From Desulfomonilia bacterium (GTDB lineage Bacteria; Desulfobacterota; Desulfomonilia; UBA1062), in contig CAXXDQ010000005.1 in assembly GCA_963664325.2 (NCBI GenBank), positions 159,277 through 223,276 on the forward strand: DNA of 64,000 bases. The letters are read 5' to 3'. The translations under genes were made by a program, and so were the position numbers. The notes beneath the pieces are model-generated. The model made no database searches. It saw only the letters and a program-made list of their open reading frames with translations, and was not told the DNA's origin. Within the stretch, counting starts at the first letter, position 1. Every line of letters begins with the position of its first letter. Positions 9,869-22,627 of this stretch are shown here, piece after piece.

Positions 9869-12190
9869 CTAAATATTGTCACCAACAAAAACAGTTTTTA
9901 TCTTGGTTATCTCGGACGGCAGCAGTTTGTCTTCTCCGAATGTCTCTATAAGCAGTGCAGGCGATATCGTCCTTCCGCCGACAAAGCGTATTGTAAGCGC
10001 GGCCTCATCGTTCTGTCCAAGGTAATCATTCACAACAAGTTCGGCCTCGCCTTTTCTGATCGCTGCACCTTCGCCGAGTTTGAGCCTTAAGGGCCGCATC
10101 AGCCTGAAGGTATAGGCGGCGACCTGTCTGAGCCTGCCCTTCATGCATGATTTGATGGCCATGCCTTCAGGCATATGGCCTGAGAGCGTTTCGGCCGCCT
10201 CCTCTGCCGGAAGGTCTTCTGCGAGGTCAAGCTGCATGTATTCGTCTTCCGATGCGATACCCAGGGATACCGGCGGAATGAGGGTAAGCCTCATGGCCGG
10301 GCTGAAGCCTTCGGAATACGAGGCCCTCAAACCCGAGCGCCTCACAGCCCGCTTGATCATCTCGATAAAGTCCCTGTTGCCGATCAGCGATAAAGCCCCC
10401 GTCTTTGAAAAGCCAATCACATAGGGATACCGGCCCTGCGTCAGTGGCGGGAAGAGGTCGATCTTTTCAGCAGGCCCCCTGATAATATTATTAATATCAC
10501 CCTTGCAGGCGCCGCAATCGAGGCACGCGTCTTCCCTGCAGTCAGGGCTCTGAACAGCGTTGTATGCGAGTTCCCTTTCGCGGATGAGGAAATCCCTGTT
10601 TATTCCCATATCCATGAATTCCCAGGGCTGGGCTTTATTTATATCTCTTTCCATCAGATACTCGCCGGGGTCCAGGCCCGCTCTTTCAAAGGCGCCGGTC
10701 CATGCCTTGAAATTGAATGTGTCCGACCAGCCGTCGAGGTAGGCCCCCAGCCTGAACGCGTTTTCCGTTACGCCGGCAAGCCTATCGTCTCCCCTTGAAA
10801 AAACGCCTTCCAGAACCGAGAACTCGGGATCGGTCCACTTGAGGCTGATTCTCCTGTCGCGGAGCTCCCTCTTGAAGTATCCGAGCATGTCATGAAGCCT
10901 TGCTGTTGCGATCTGGGCTTCCCACTGGAAGGGCGTGAACGTCTTCGGGATGTAGGTGGACACGCTCACATTGACCCCGCCCCTGAATGCGTTGGCGATC
11001 TTTCTCGACAGCCTGACTATAGCCTCGACATCCGCATCCGTTTCGGTGGGCAGTCCTATCATGAAATAAAGCTTGATCAGCTTCCAGCCCTGCTTTCTTA
11101 TGATCGAAATGCTTCGCAGGAGCTCGTCTTCGGTATTGCCCTTGTTTATCACGGCCCGCAGCCGCTCGGTCGCCGCCTCGACCGCCAGCGTGAAACCGGG
11201 CTTTTTGACGGATGAGATGATGCCGGCCATCCTTTCGGTCATGCCCTCGACCCTCATGGACGGCACGCCCAGGGAAATCTCGCGTGACGGGCAGTTGAGC
11301 GATTCCATTATATCGGCCAGGTAGCTCAGGTCGGTTATGGAAAGTGCGGTCATGGCCAGGTTGTCATAGCCGGTTGTTTTAAGCCCCTGCCTGAACGTGC
11401 TGATAACGGAATCGAAAGACCGCTCCCTGTAAGGCCTGTAAATCATTCCGGCCTGGCAGAAGCGGCATCCCCTGGTGCAACCCCTGGCAACCTCCACACC
11501 GAGCCTGTCGTGCACTATGCTTATATTGGGAACGATGATGTCTGCCGGGAACGGGTGCTTATCGAGGTCCGGCAGAATCCTGCGTACCGGCCTGGCGCCT
11601 GAGCCCGGCCTGTAGACGCCTGCAATCCCTGACATGGCGCGGATCCGCTCGTCCCTGTCGTTCACAGCCAGGCATATCTGAGCCATTTCAGCCACCACCT
11701 CTTCGCCGTCACCGATGACGATCAGGTCGAAGAATGGCAGGTATGGCGAGGGGCTGGAAGTACAGGTCCCGCCTGCAATGATTACGGGGTCGGTCTTTTT
11801 CCGTTCTGCCGCATAAATGGGAATGCCGGAAAGGCTGAGCATTCTGAGGACCGTCGTATACGACAGTTCGTGCATGAGCGAGAAACCCACGATGTCAAAT
11901 TTTCCGAGCGGTCTTTTCTCCTCCAGCGAAAAAAGGGGTTCTCTATTCTTTTCCAGGAGCGAGGCCATATCGGGCCAGGGCGCGAACACGCGCTGGGCCC
12001 ACACTCCCCTGATGGAATTAAGGATATGGTACAGTATCTTCTGGCCCGAATGCGACATGCCGATTTCATAGGCGTCAGGAAAGGCCAGGGCGAAACGGAC
12101 TTTGACTTCAGCTTCCGGTCTGCCGGCCTGGTTTACCTCGCCGCCCGTATAGCGGCCGGGTTTCAGAACCTTTTCGAGGCCTTTTATCAT
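9869..12190 (-). CDS. B12-binding radical SAM protein fused to a radical-SAM-linked C-terminal domain (TIGR03960/TIGR03936-like)
   Basis: KPGRYTGGE, FPDAYEIGMSH, RGCTRGCRFCQAG, KLYFMIGLPTE; C-terminal YSEGFSP..LGIASEDE. Confidence 0.88.
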   Translation of the reverse strand: MIKGLEKVLKPGRYTGGEVNQAGRPEAEVKVRFALAFPDAYEIGMSHSGQKILYHILNSIRGVWAQRVFAPWPDMASLLEKNREPLFSLEEKRPLGKFDIVGFSLMHELSYTTVLRMLSLSGIPIYAAERKKTDPVIIAGGTCTSSPSPYLPFFDLIVIGDGEEVVAEMAQICLAVNDRDERIRAMSGIAGVYRPGSGARPVRRILPDLDKHPFPADIIVPNISIVHDRLGVEVARGCTRGCRFCQAGMIYRPYRERSFDSVISTFRQGLKTTGYDNLAMTALSITDLSYLADIMESLNCPSREISLGVPSMRVEGMTERMAGIISSVKKPGFTLAVEAATERLRAVINKGNTEDELLRSISIIRKQGWKLIKLYFMIGLPTETDADVEAIVRLSRKIANAFRGGVNVSVSTYIPKTFTPFQWEAQIATARLHDMLGYFKRELRDRRISLKWTDPEFSVLEGVFSRGDDRLAGVTENAFRLGAYLDGWSDTFNFKAWTGAFERAGLDPGEYLMERDINKAQPWEFMDMGINRDFLIRERELAYNAVQSPDCREDACLDCGACKGDINNIIRGPAEKIDLFPPLTQGRYPYVIGFSKTGALSLIGNRDFIEMIKRAVRRSGLRASYSEGFSPAMRLTLIPPVSLGIASEDEYMQLDLAEDLPAEEAAETLSGHMPEGMAIKSCMKGRLRQVAAYTFRLMRPLRLKLGEGAAIRKGEAELVVNDYLGQNDEAALTIRFVGGRTISPALLIETFGEDKLLPSEITKIKTVFVGDNI

Positions 12191-12288
12191 AAACCGTCCG
12201 AACCTCAGCCGAACGCCGGGACAGCAAGACAGCCCCGGGGATCAGGAAATTCAAGCTTCAAATCCCGTATCAACCTCGCTTTTACCAT
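12187..12288 (-). CDS. Putative small peptide MVKARLIRDLKLEFPDPRGCLAVPAFG(UGA)GSDGL, possible selenopeptide
   Basis: ATG at 12288 after GGAGG/GAGG; in-frame TGA at codon 28; second TGA forms an ATGA overlap with the radical SAM start. Confidence 0.35.
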
Positions 12289-12400
12289 ATGTCCTCGATT
12301 CCCTCCGGAAGTCTTACATGGTTATCTCTGTCTGCTTATCATCCGCTTGACAAAGATGCACATGAAAACTGCTTATTATTCCACTTGACCGCTATTTTCC

Positions 12401-13702
12401 ATGATACTAAAAGCCGTGTTCATGTTTGACAGGTTCGTTCTTACACTGACAGAACTGTGCGGGGTCAAGCCTGGCAATGGCGTTCTCGCATGCTGTTCCG
12501 GCGGCATCGATTCCATGGTGCTCTTGAGATTGATGAAAAAGGCATCAGTGGAACTGGGGCTCGAGCTCCACGCCGTTACAGTCGATCACGGCCTCAGATG
12601 CGAAGCGCCGGGGGATGCTCAGTTCGTTCTCGATACTTGTGCCGCCCTCGGGGTCGAGGCGAGCCTTTATGAACTGAAGATGGATCCGGAAATCCCGAAC
12701 CTGGAAGAAGAGGCGCGCATCAGACGATATGAGGCCATCATGGATTGCAGGCAAAAGCTGGGCCTTGAATTCGCCGCAACCGGCCACACGGCTGACGATC
12801 AGGCCGAAACCCTTATCTACAGGCTTGTCCGCGGCACGGGCATGAGGGGCATGTCGGGTATGGATTATGCCAGGCCCGACGGTCTTATCAGGCCTATGCT
12901 GGACATAACAAGGGCCGAGGTCGAAGCTTACGCGGATGCGAACGGTGTCAAGTTCGTGACCGACCAGACGAACAGTGACCTTACTCTGGTAAGAAACCTT
13001 ATACGAAAAAGGATTCTCCCGCTCATGAGGGAGATCAACCCGCTTGCGGAAACAGCTATATCGAGGTTTGCATCTATTGCGGCTCTTGAGAATGCATATA
13101 TCGCAGACGAGGCGGACAGGCTTATCGATAGTGCGCTCCTTCACGACTGGAACGTGTGCCGGGTTTATGATGCGGGGAAGCTCAAAGATGCGCCGGAAGC
13201 CCTCCTGCACCGTATTATCATAAAACTCTCGGCTGACATGCTGGGAGACCCGCGCGGAATACCGGCAACGGACGTGGAGCAGGCTTCTCTGGTAATCAGG
13301 GGAAAAAGCAGGGCGCACACGATAATGCGCAAGGTTTGCATTAAAGGTGATGGAAGATATCTGTCATTTGAGAAATATCCGTCCGGGCGGTTGCTGTCTT
13401 TTGCGGACAGATCTGATGAGCCGCAGACTGCTGTTCATCAGGATGGCATCTATTCAATTCATCCCATAGAAAAACAGATGCAGATCAAAGGCATTACTGA
13501 CGGCCGGAATGCTGCCATCAGGTTTTATCTGCCGGGCGACAGGATTCAGGATAAAAAGGTGACCGCAGTTTTCCAGGCAAAGCGGGTCCCCATTCAGCTT
13601 AGAAAATACTGGCCTGTCATTATGCTCGATCACGAGATTGTTTCAATCGCCGGACTGCTGGACAACAGCGATATAAAGACGATATTCCCCTATGAAGATT
13701 GA
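12401..13702 (+). CDS. tilS: tRNA(Ile)-lysidine synthetase
   Basis: SGGIDS, VDHGLR, EEEARIRRY, TGHTADDQAET, IRPML, DQTN; start may be 12422. Confidence 0.92.
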   Translation: MILKAVFMFDRFVLTLTELCGVKPGNGVLACCSGGIDSMVLLRLMKKASVELGLELHAVTVDHGLRCEAPGDAQFVLDTCAALGVEASLYELKMDPEIPNLEEEARIRRYEAIMDCRQKLGLEFAATGHTADDQAETLIYRLVRGTGMRGMSGMDYARPDGLIRPMLDITRAEVEAYADANGVKFVTDQTNSDLTLVRNLIRKRILPLMREINPLAETAISRFASIAALENAYIADEADRLIDSALLHDWNVCRVYDAGKLKDAPEALLHRIIIKLSADMLGDPRGIPATDVEQASLVIRGKSRAHTIMRKVCIKGDGRYLSFEKYPSGRLLSFADRSDEPQTAVHQDGIYSIHPIEKQMQIKGITDGRNAAIRFYLPGDRIQDKKVTAVFQAKRVPIQLRKYWPVIMLDHEIVSIAGLLDNSDIKTIFPYED

Positions 13703-13714
13703 GAATATGTTTTT

Positions 13715-13847
13715 AATTCCGCTCTGCATTCAGGATGATGTCTCTTCGCCTTCGGCTCGAGGAGCGAAACATGAAGTTCGAGACTTCATTTTCGAGGAGC
13801 ATTCCGACGCGGCCGACAAAGGGAGCGCTTGAATGCAGAGTGGAATT
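13715..13847. mobile_element. MITE-like element with 20-bp terminal inverted repeats, in the 5' end of mfd
   Basis: AATTCCGCTCTGCATTCAGG ... CTTGAATGCAGAGTGGAATT (18/20 complementary); internal block shared with the copy at 41116. Confidence 0.75.
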
Positions 13848-16800
13848 GCAGGAATGTCCATAGGTGCTTACCCCCCTTCGCTCCAGGCCATGCTCGTTGC
13901 CGAGGCGTTTCTCGCCGGCAGGAAAAACATATTATGGCTCGTTGAAAACGACGAAGACATGTACAGGGTTAAGGCCGACCTTCTTTGCTTTATCCCTGAA
14001 AATAAGGTCCTGTGCTTTTTGTCTCCCGATGTCAGGCCCTATCAGGGGGACAGCCCTTCGAAAGAAGTCATCGCCGCAAGGATAGAGGTCCTGGTAAGGC
14101 TCATCGACAACGGGTCTTATATCGTCATTGCGCCTTTCGATGCCGTTCTTCCCTACACGGTTCCCAAGCAGGTCCTGAAAGATGCCGTTACGGTAATGAA
14201 TCTCAGGGCCGACCTGAACAGGGAGGAATTCTCCCGCAGTCTCGTCCGCATGGGCTATACCAGGGAGCCGCTGGTTGACGACGTGGGCCAGTTCAGCATC
14301 AGGGGTTTCGTGATGGACATATTCTCTCCGGGCATGAACGAGCCGGTAAGGCTGGACATGTTCGGGGACATGATAGAGGAGATAAAGGTTTTCAGCCTGT
14401 CGAGCCAGCGTTCAAGGAAATCCGAGAAGGCGAGGGGTCTCGCTTCATGCACCATCATGCCCGTCTCGGAAGTGCTTCTGACGGATGAAAACATAAAGAC
14501 GGCCAGGCCTAAATTGAGGCGCTTCAAGGACGAGACGGCCTCGGCCCTTATCGAAGACATTGAACAGGGCATCATGGCGCCGGGCATCGAGGCCTACCTC
14601 CCCATGTTCTATGAGGAGAAAGCCACCATATTCGATTACATGGGGACGGATTATATCACCGTCGGCCCTGATGAAGCGGGATTGCAGGGCGCGTGGGAAG
14701 GCTTTTATTCAAAATATATCAGGGCCTATGAAAAGGCCTCAGAGTCGGCGTTCCTGCTTCATCCCGGTGAGCTGATCATTTCGGAAAAGGCCTTTGCGGG
14801 ATACGCTTCGCCGGGGGGCGGGCATATCCCGACATCCATAACGGGCGGATCTTCAGGGCTCAACTGGCATGACTTCAGGACCGGTGGCGCCCCTGAAAAA
14901 GCCCCGGAACGCCTGGCCGAGCTCGCCGCCCAGGGCTACACCGTGTTTCTTACCGCAGGTTCAGCCATGCTTATTGAACGCATCGAATATGCGCTCAAGT
15001 CCCATGGCGCGGAACCCAGGCGCTTTGACGGTACCTTCTTCAGCCTGCGCCCGAGGCCCGGGATATTCATCAGCGAGAACCACCTGTCCACGGGTTTCGT
15101 GCTGCCCGAAAAATGGCTGGCCCTCATCCCGGCCGAAGAGGCCTTCGGCGTAAAGAGGCAGAAGAAGCCTGCAAAACGTCAGGCCATAGTCAACCCGTTC
15201 ACCCAGCTCGAGGTGGGTGACGCAGTGGTGCACCGCGACAACGGCATCGGCATTTTCAAGGGCGTCGAAAGGCTCACCCTTGACGGCATAACCTCTGATT
15301 TCGTCGTGCTGGAATATATAGGAGGCGACAAGCTCTACCTGCCCGTGTACCGGCTTGCAATGATTCAGCGCTATGTGGGGGACGCCGACGCGCTTACCAT
15401 CGACAGGCTCGGCGGCACGCGCTGGTCGAAGGTGACGGAAAAAGCCCGGGAATCGGCCAGGAAGCTGGCTGCGGAGCTGCTCAAGGTATATGCGAAACGC
15501 GAAAGCTCAAAGGGCTTTTCATATGATGTCAGCTCCTCCCAGGTGCGCGAATTCGAGGACGATTTCCCCTATGACGAGACGGACGACCAGCAGAAGGCCA
15601 TAGAGGACGTCTTTGCGGATATGGCCTCATCAAGGCCCATGGACAGGCTTGTATGCGGCGATGTCGGCTACGGCAAGACCGAGGTGGCCATGAGGGCGGC
15701 CTTCATCGCGGCCCTGTCCGGAAAGCAGACCGCAATACTGGTACCGACGACGCTGCTCGTCCGCCAGCACCTTAATAATTTCCGTGAGCGCTTCGAGCGC
15801 TGGCCCTTCAGGATCGAGGCGCTTTCGGGATTTGCAACCTCTCAGCAGAACGAGAGCGTTATCAAGGCTATCGAAACCGGTGCCGCCGACATACTGATCG
15901 GCACCCATGCGCTGCTTTCCGAAAATATCAGGTACAGGGACCTGGGCCTTCTTGTCGTCGACGAGGAGCACCGCTTCGGGGTCAAGGACAAGGAAAAGAT
16001 AAAATCAAGGCGCGCCGAACTCGATATCCTGACGCTCACGGCAACCCCCATCCCGCGCACGCTAAACCTCTCGCTCTCGGGTATCAGGGACCTGTCCATA
16101 ATCGAAACGCCCCCGGCCGAGCGCAAGTCCATAGATACTGTGATTTCACGCTTTGACGACGAGGCCATCGTGAACGCCATCGAGCGGGAAACGGCCCGGG
16201 GCGGCCAGGTGTTTTTCGTGCACAACATAGTGGCCAACATCGACTACATGGCGGACTATATCAGACGCATATGCCCTTCCGCGCGAATAGGAGTGGCCCA
16301 CGGCCAGATGCCCAAAAGGGAGCTCGAGAAGGTCATGGAGCAGTTCCTGGACCGCCGGATCAATGTCCTGGTCTCGTCCTCGATCATCGGCAGCGGCATA
16401 GATATAGGCAATGCGAACACCATCATCATAAACCGCGCCGACAGGTTCGGCATGGCCGATCTCTACCAGTTGAGGGGCCGCGTCGGCCGTTCGAAGCTCA
16501 AGGGCCACGCAATGCTGCTCATACCCGAGACGGGCAGGATTTCAAAGGACGCCCGCAAGAGACTTTCCGCCATCAAAGAATACGAATCGCTCGGCGCGGG
16601 CTTCCAGATGGCGATGCGGGACATGGAGATCAGGGGCGTCGGTGACATTCTCGGCCATAACCAGTGGGGTCATGTCACCGCCATAGGTTTCGAGCTTTAC
16701 CAGGAGATGCTGACCGAAGCCGTCTCGCTCCTGCAGGGCAAGACCGTTGCGGCCGAGCTCGACCCCGAGATAAAGCTGGGTATCGACGCCTATATACCTG

Positions 16801-17183
16801 ATGATTACTGTCCCGAGGAGCACCTGAGGCTTGGGCTTTATAAAAAGCTGGCCACGTCTTTGCCCGAAGACATTCCGGGGGTCATGGACGAGCTCATAGA
16901 CATGTACGGGCCGGTCCCGGGGCCCGTCAGGGCGCTACTTTTCATAGCCGAAACCAGGGGCATGATGAAGCGCCTGAGGATCAGAAAACTCGAGCTCTCG
17001 GAGAACTTTTTGAGGCTGTACTTTAGTCCCGATACTGTGGTAAACATCCAGGACCTGATAGATCTAGTCACTGAAAAACAGGGCAAGCTGACAAAAGAAG
17101 GCATGGCCGGAATAACAATTAAGGACATACGGGAGATTCATGAAATACTCGGAAGGCTCATTCAAAAAACTGCTGCTGCTTAG
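13833..17183 (+). CDS. mfd: Transcription-repair coupling factor
   Basis: GQFSIRG, RID (VVHRDNGIG..KLYLPV), CGDVGYGKT, DEEHRFG, TATPIPRT, QLRGRVGR, TRCF C-terminus. Confidence 0.96.
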   Translation: MQSGIAGMSIGAYPPSLQAMLVAEAFLAGRKNILWLVENDEDMYRVKADLLCFIPENKVLCFLSPDVRPYQGDSPSKEVIAARIEVLVRLIDNGSYIVIAPFDAVLPYTVPKQVLKDAVTVMNLRADLNREEFSRSLVRMGYTREPLVDDVGQFSIRGFVMDIFSPGMNEPVRLDMFGDMIEEIKVFSLSSQRSRKSEKARGLASCTIMPVSEVLLTDENIKTARPKLRRFKDETASALIEDIEQGIMAPGIEAYLPMFYEEKATIFDYMGTDYITVGPDEAGLQGAWEGFYSKYIRAYEKASESAFLLHPGELIISEKAFAGYASPGGGHIPTSITGGSSGLNWHDFRTGGAPEKAPERLAELAAQGYTVFLTAGSAMLIERIEYALKSHGAEPRRFDGTFFSLRPRPGIFISENHLSTGFVLPEKWLALIPAEEAFGVKRQKKPAKRQAIVNPFTQLEVGDAVVHRDNGIGIFKGVERLTLDGITSDFVVLEYIGGDKLYLPVYRLAMIQRYVGDADALTIDRLGGTRWSKVTEKARESARKLAAELLKVYAKRESSKGFSYDVSSSQVREFEDDFPYDETDDQQKAIEDVFADMASSRPMDRLVCGDVGYGKTEVAMRAAFIAALSGKQTAILVPTTLLVRQHLNNFRERFERWPFRIEALSGFATSQQNESVIKAIETGAADILIGTHALLSENIRYRDLGLLVVDEEHRFGVKDKEKIKSRRAELDILTLTATPIPRTLNLSLSGIRDLSIIETPPAERKSIDTVISRFDDEAIVNAIERETARGGQVFFVHNIVANIDYMADYIRRICPSARIGVAHGQMPKRELEKVMEQFLDRRINVLVSSSIIGSGIDIGNANTIIINRADRFGMADLYQLRGRVGRSKLKGHAMLLIPETGRISKDARKRLSAIKEYESLGAGFQMAMRDMEIRGVGDILGHNQWGHVTAIGFELYQEMLTEAVSLLQGKTVAAELDPEIKLGIDAYIPDDYCPEEHLRLGLYKKLATSLPEDIPGVMDELIDMYGPVPGPVRALLFIAETRGMMKRLRIRKLELSENFLRLYFSPDTVVNIQDLIDLVTEKQGKLTKEGMAGITIKDIREIHEILGRLIQKTAAA

Positions 17184-18000
17184 CCTGGCAGTCCTGGCCT
17201 GTATCGTTTTTCTGCGTCCCGCTGCAACCCGGGCAGACACCATCGACGGGATTGTCGCCGTGGTCGACAAGCAGCTTATCATGCGCTCCGACCTGAACAG
17301 GAGGCTGCTGCTTGTGGGCATCAGTCCCAACAACGAAACCAGGTCGCGCCAGATACTTGAACTGATGGTGGAAGAAGTCGTTATCCAGAAGACCTATGAA
17401 AAATACGGACAGCCCCCAGTAAGCGAGAAACAGGCCAAGGAAATTGCAGAGGCGAACAAGATCAGCGAAGCGACCGCCAGGATCATGATAATGAGAAAAT
17501 CCCTGATGGACACCATGGTCTCCTCCCGCGTCGTTGTCACGCCCCAGATGATAAAGGATGAGTTCAAGAACAACCCGGAGTATTCGGGAAAGCCCTCCCT
17601 CGAGCTCAAGCAGATCGCCGTAAAGAACGACAGGGAAAAGGCGGACAAGGCCGCCGCAGAAATAAAGGCGGGCAAAGCTTTCGATGAAGTCGCCCTAGAA
17701 TATTCCGATATACTGACGGACGGGAAATGCAACCTGGGATGGATGCCTCTGGACGCCCTGGACTCGGCGGCGGCGAAGGCGCTTGAAAATGCAAAAAAGG
17801 GAGACGTTTCCGCCCCCCTCAAAATTGACGACTACTGGTGCATTTTCATGGTGACGGGCCGGGATGTGGTAGGGGCCCGGAATTTCGAGGAGGCCAAAGA
17901 CCAGATCGCCGCAAGCCTCATGGAAAAGGCCCGGGAAGATGCATTCGAGCACTGGCTGAAACAGATAATGAGTGAGTATTTTATCGGGATTTACATGTAA
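17140..18000 (+). CDS. SurA/PrsA-like peptidyl-prolyl isomerase
   Basis: Signal peptide, DGIVAVVD N-terminus, parvulin-like FDEVALEYS..CNLGW; typical position after mfd. Confidence 0.75.
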   Translation: MKYSEGSFKKLLLLSLAVLACIVFLRPAATRADTIDGIVAVVDKQLIMRSDLNRRLLLVGISPNNETRSRQILELMVEEVVIQKTYEKYGQPPVSEKQAKEIAEANKISEATARIMIMRKSLMDTMVSSRVVVTPQMIKDEFKNNPEYSGKPSLELKQIAVKNDREKADKAAAEIKAGKAFDEVALEYSDILTDGKCNLGWMPLDALDSAAAKALENAKKGDVSAPLKIDDYWCIFMVTGRDVVGARNFEEAKDQIAASLMEKAREDAFEHWLKQIMSEYFIGIYM

Positions 18001-18073
18001 CCAGCTGAAACCGACAGACTCAGCTATCTGCTTTTTTAATGATTTTCAGTGCAGACAGTTATGAGATATCATT

Positions 18074-18220
18074 GGAGACAGGATACAGGAGACAGTAGAA
18101 AACATGAAAAGACAACCCTTTACAAACAACAGGCCCAAAATTGTTGGAAAGGGTCTGACTTCTAAAATTCAAAGATATGAAGACTTTCTGATTTTATTCT
18201 GTCTCCTGAATACTATCTCC
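18074..18220. repeat. CAGGAGA-type heptamer repeats in inverted arrangement
   Basis: GGAGACAGGATACAGGAGACAGTAGA (18074-18099) and inverse TCTGTCTCCTGAATACTATCTCC (18198-18220). Confidence 0.6.
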
Positions 18221-18237
18221 TTTTCACTTATTTTCAG

Positions 18238-20999
<2,762 letters not shown>

Positions 21000-21000
<1 letters not shown>

Positions 21001-21047
21001 TTCCGTTTTGCATTCAAGACAATTACGCTAGAGCCTGAATGAAAAGC
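21000..21047. mobile_element. Internally deleted copy of the MITE-like element
   Basis: ATTCCGTTTTGCATTCAAG ... CCTGAATGAAAAGC matches the termini of the 13715 and 41116 copies. Confidence 0.6.
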
Positions 21048-21145
21048 AAAATCTCCCCATCTCCCACCCCTCTTCCCCTTAGGTGAAGAGGGCCATCCTT
21101 TCGAATAAATCCGCACATGGCGTGCGGGTTTATTCGAACATGCCA

Positions 21146-21182
21146 TTTCCATGTTCCCAAGCAAAACTTGGGAACATGGAAA
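21146..21182. repeat. Perfect 16-bp inverted repeat (REP-like or terminator)
   Basis: TTTCCATGTTCCCAAG-CAAAA-CTTGGGAACATGGAAA. Confidence 0.8.
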
Positions 21183-21426
21183 GTGAAAGCCGCGCTTGAT
21201 GCTTGCCGGCGTTGTGAAATGTATGTATATTACAGCCTAATTGATGGTTTTGCATTATTGTATTGGAGCGGAATGATATTTATATGGTCAACTTTTTAGG
21301 GCAAAGGGAGAATGTTTGTATTTTGTTATGAGAATATTAAGGCTTTCTTTCAAAAACTACTACTCAGTAAAACAAAACATCGCATTAGGTATAATTATAA
21401 CTTAGCTTGTTCCTTGGGGATAAACA

Positions 21427-21786
21427 ATGTCAGATGTCATTTCAAAAGTCTGTTTGATGCCAAGAGATTTTAAAGTCAGTGGGAATAGGAGCATGATTCA
21501 ACTCCTCAAAGAATCTGGTTATTTGGGGTGCAAGAATGGTGTAGAAAAAGATGTGGTTATTAAGTTTCTAGAAAATCATCCTGATTTAATTAAAGAATGG
21601 CTAATTTATTCACTTGATAAGCGTACTTCGATAGGATGGTATCTCTTGTGTGAAGATTCTGTATGGACTGTTGGGTACTTAAATCATGGTGGGAGAGAAA
21701 AAGAGCATAAGTTTATTTCTGGCTTTGAAGCTTGTGCTATTTTCATAATCAATGAAATTAAGCAGCTTGCTAAAAACGCAATATAA
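21427..21786 (+). CDS. Hypothetical protein (AT-rich, accessory)
   Basis: 119-aa ORF with GGGGA SD; no family recognised. Confidence 0.65.
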   Translation: MSDVISKVCLMPRDFKVSGNRSMIQLLKESGYLGCKNGVEKDVVIKFLENHPDLIKEWLIYSLDKRTSIGWYLLCEDSVWTVGYLNHGGREKEHKFISGFEACAIFIINEIKQLAKNAI

Positions 21787-21809
21787 CCAGTGCAACCAGA
21801 ACATTTTAG

Positions 21810-21870
21810 GGGATGCTGATGAAATAATGAGAAAGCTGTTTCTTCAAAATTTTATTATCATCAACGTCCC
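21810..21870. repeat. ~60-bp palindromic element, copy A
   Basis: GGGATGCTGATGAAATAATGA...TTATTATCATCAACGTCCC. Confidence 0.85.
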
Positions 21871-22000
21871 ACAAGTGGTCTGACTTAGTATACTGTTGTA
21901 TAGCTTCAGGGTACACGCTATAAAAAAGAGTTTCAATATTTTTATCTTTATTACCGAACAGTGCATCATGATGATTTCAATAAAAAGGGAGGGGGAAAAC

Positions 22001-22441
22001 ATGAAGATAAAAATTACTTGTCTCACACTGGCTGCACTATTCTTCATCCTGTCTTCGTCAGCGGTATTGGCAGAGGAGAAGTTTCCCAATCTTGTCGGCA
22101 AATGGACAGGCCAGACTAGGATAGGACATTCACTGGCCAATGGCTTCGGCAGCGAGCATGGAGGTTTGACGATAGACATTGCGAAACAGGAGGGAAGGCT
22201 CTTTACCGGAAACAAGATAATAAAACATTTTGACATAAAGAAAAAGAACGTGACAACAAAGGAGCCTATCTCAGGAGTTATTACAACAGACGGTAAAACG
22301 CTTTACATAGCCGACAGGGATTTCGGTGTGACGATCGGCAACATAATATCAGAGGACAACATCGAATTCTATTACATTCAGAGCGGCAAGAAGGAAGGCC
22401 AGTTCGTCTCGTACTACAATTTCAAAAAAATAAAGCAATGA
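22001..22441 (+). CDS. Hypothetical secreted protein
   Basis: Strong SD GGGAGGGGG before ATG 22001; signal peptide ..AVLA; PNLVGKWTG beta-barrel-like start. Confidence 0.7.
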   Translation: MKIKITCLTLAALFFILSSSAVLAEEKFPNLVGKWTGQTRIGHSLANGFGSEHGGLTIDIAKQEGRLFTGNKIIKHFDIKKKNVTTKEPISGVITTDGKTLYIADRDFGVTIGNIISEDNIEFYYIQSGKKEGQFVSYYNFKKIKQ

Positions 22442-22468
22442 AGTTTAAATGAGCTTAAAGCATTTTTG

Positions 22469-22528
22469 GTGATGTTGATGAAATTATGAGTAAAATGTTT
22501 TTTTAATTCATATAATCATCAACGTCCC
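22469..22528. repeat. ~60-bp palindromic element, copy B, followed by a 13-bp tandem duplication
   Basis: GTGATGTTGATGAAATTATGA...TCATATAATCATCAACGTCCC; ACGTCCCGCTCAG twice at 22522-22547. Confidence 0.85.
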
Positions 22529-22555
22529 GCTCAGACGTCCCGCTCAGAACTCAGT

Positions 22556-22615
22556 GGTGTCAGACCGTTTAAGCTTGACAATATGAGCATAAGTCAAAGA
22601 TAAAGGCCTGACTCC
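22556..22615. repeat. Second-type imperfect palindrome
   Basis: GGTGTCAGACC..TTGAC...GTCAA..GGCCTGACTCC. Confidence 0.65.
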
Positions 22616-22627
22616 CGTTGTTATTGT

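Noticed and set aside
9869-12190. Radical SAM as maturase for the four Cys-rich peptides
   Set aside because: It belongs to a widespread B12-binding family, has no visible SPASM or RRE domain, and lies over 10 kb away among housekeeping genes.
12285-12325. SRP RNA-like hairpin (ACCATGT..TCCGGAGGGAA)
   Set aside because: Lacks the conserved CAGG/GGAA/AGCAG domain IV motif.
18001-18237. LexA box upstream of uvrA
   Set aside because: No convincing match to any LexA motif I know.
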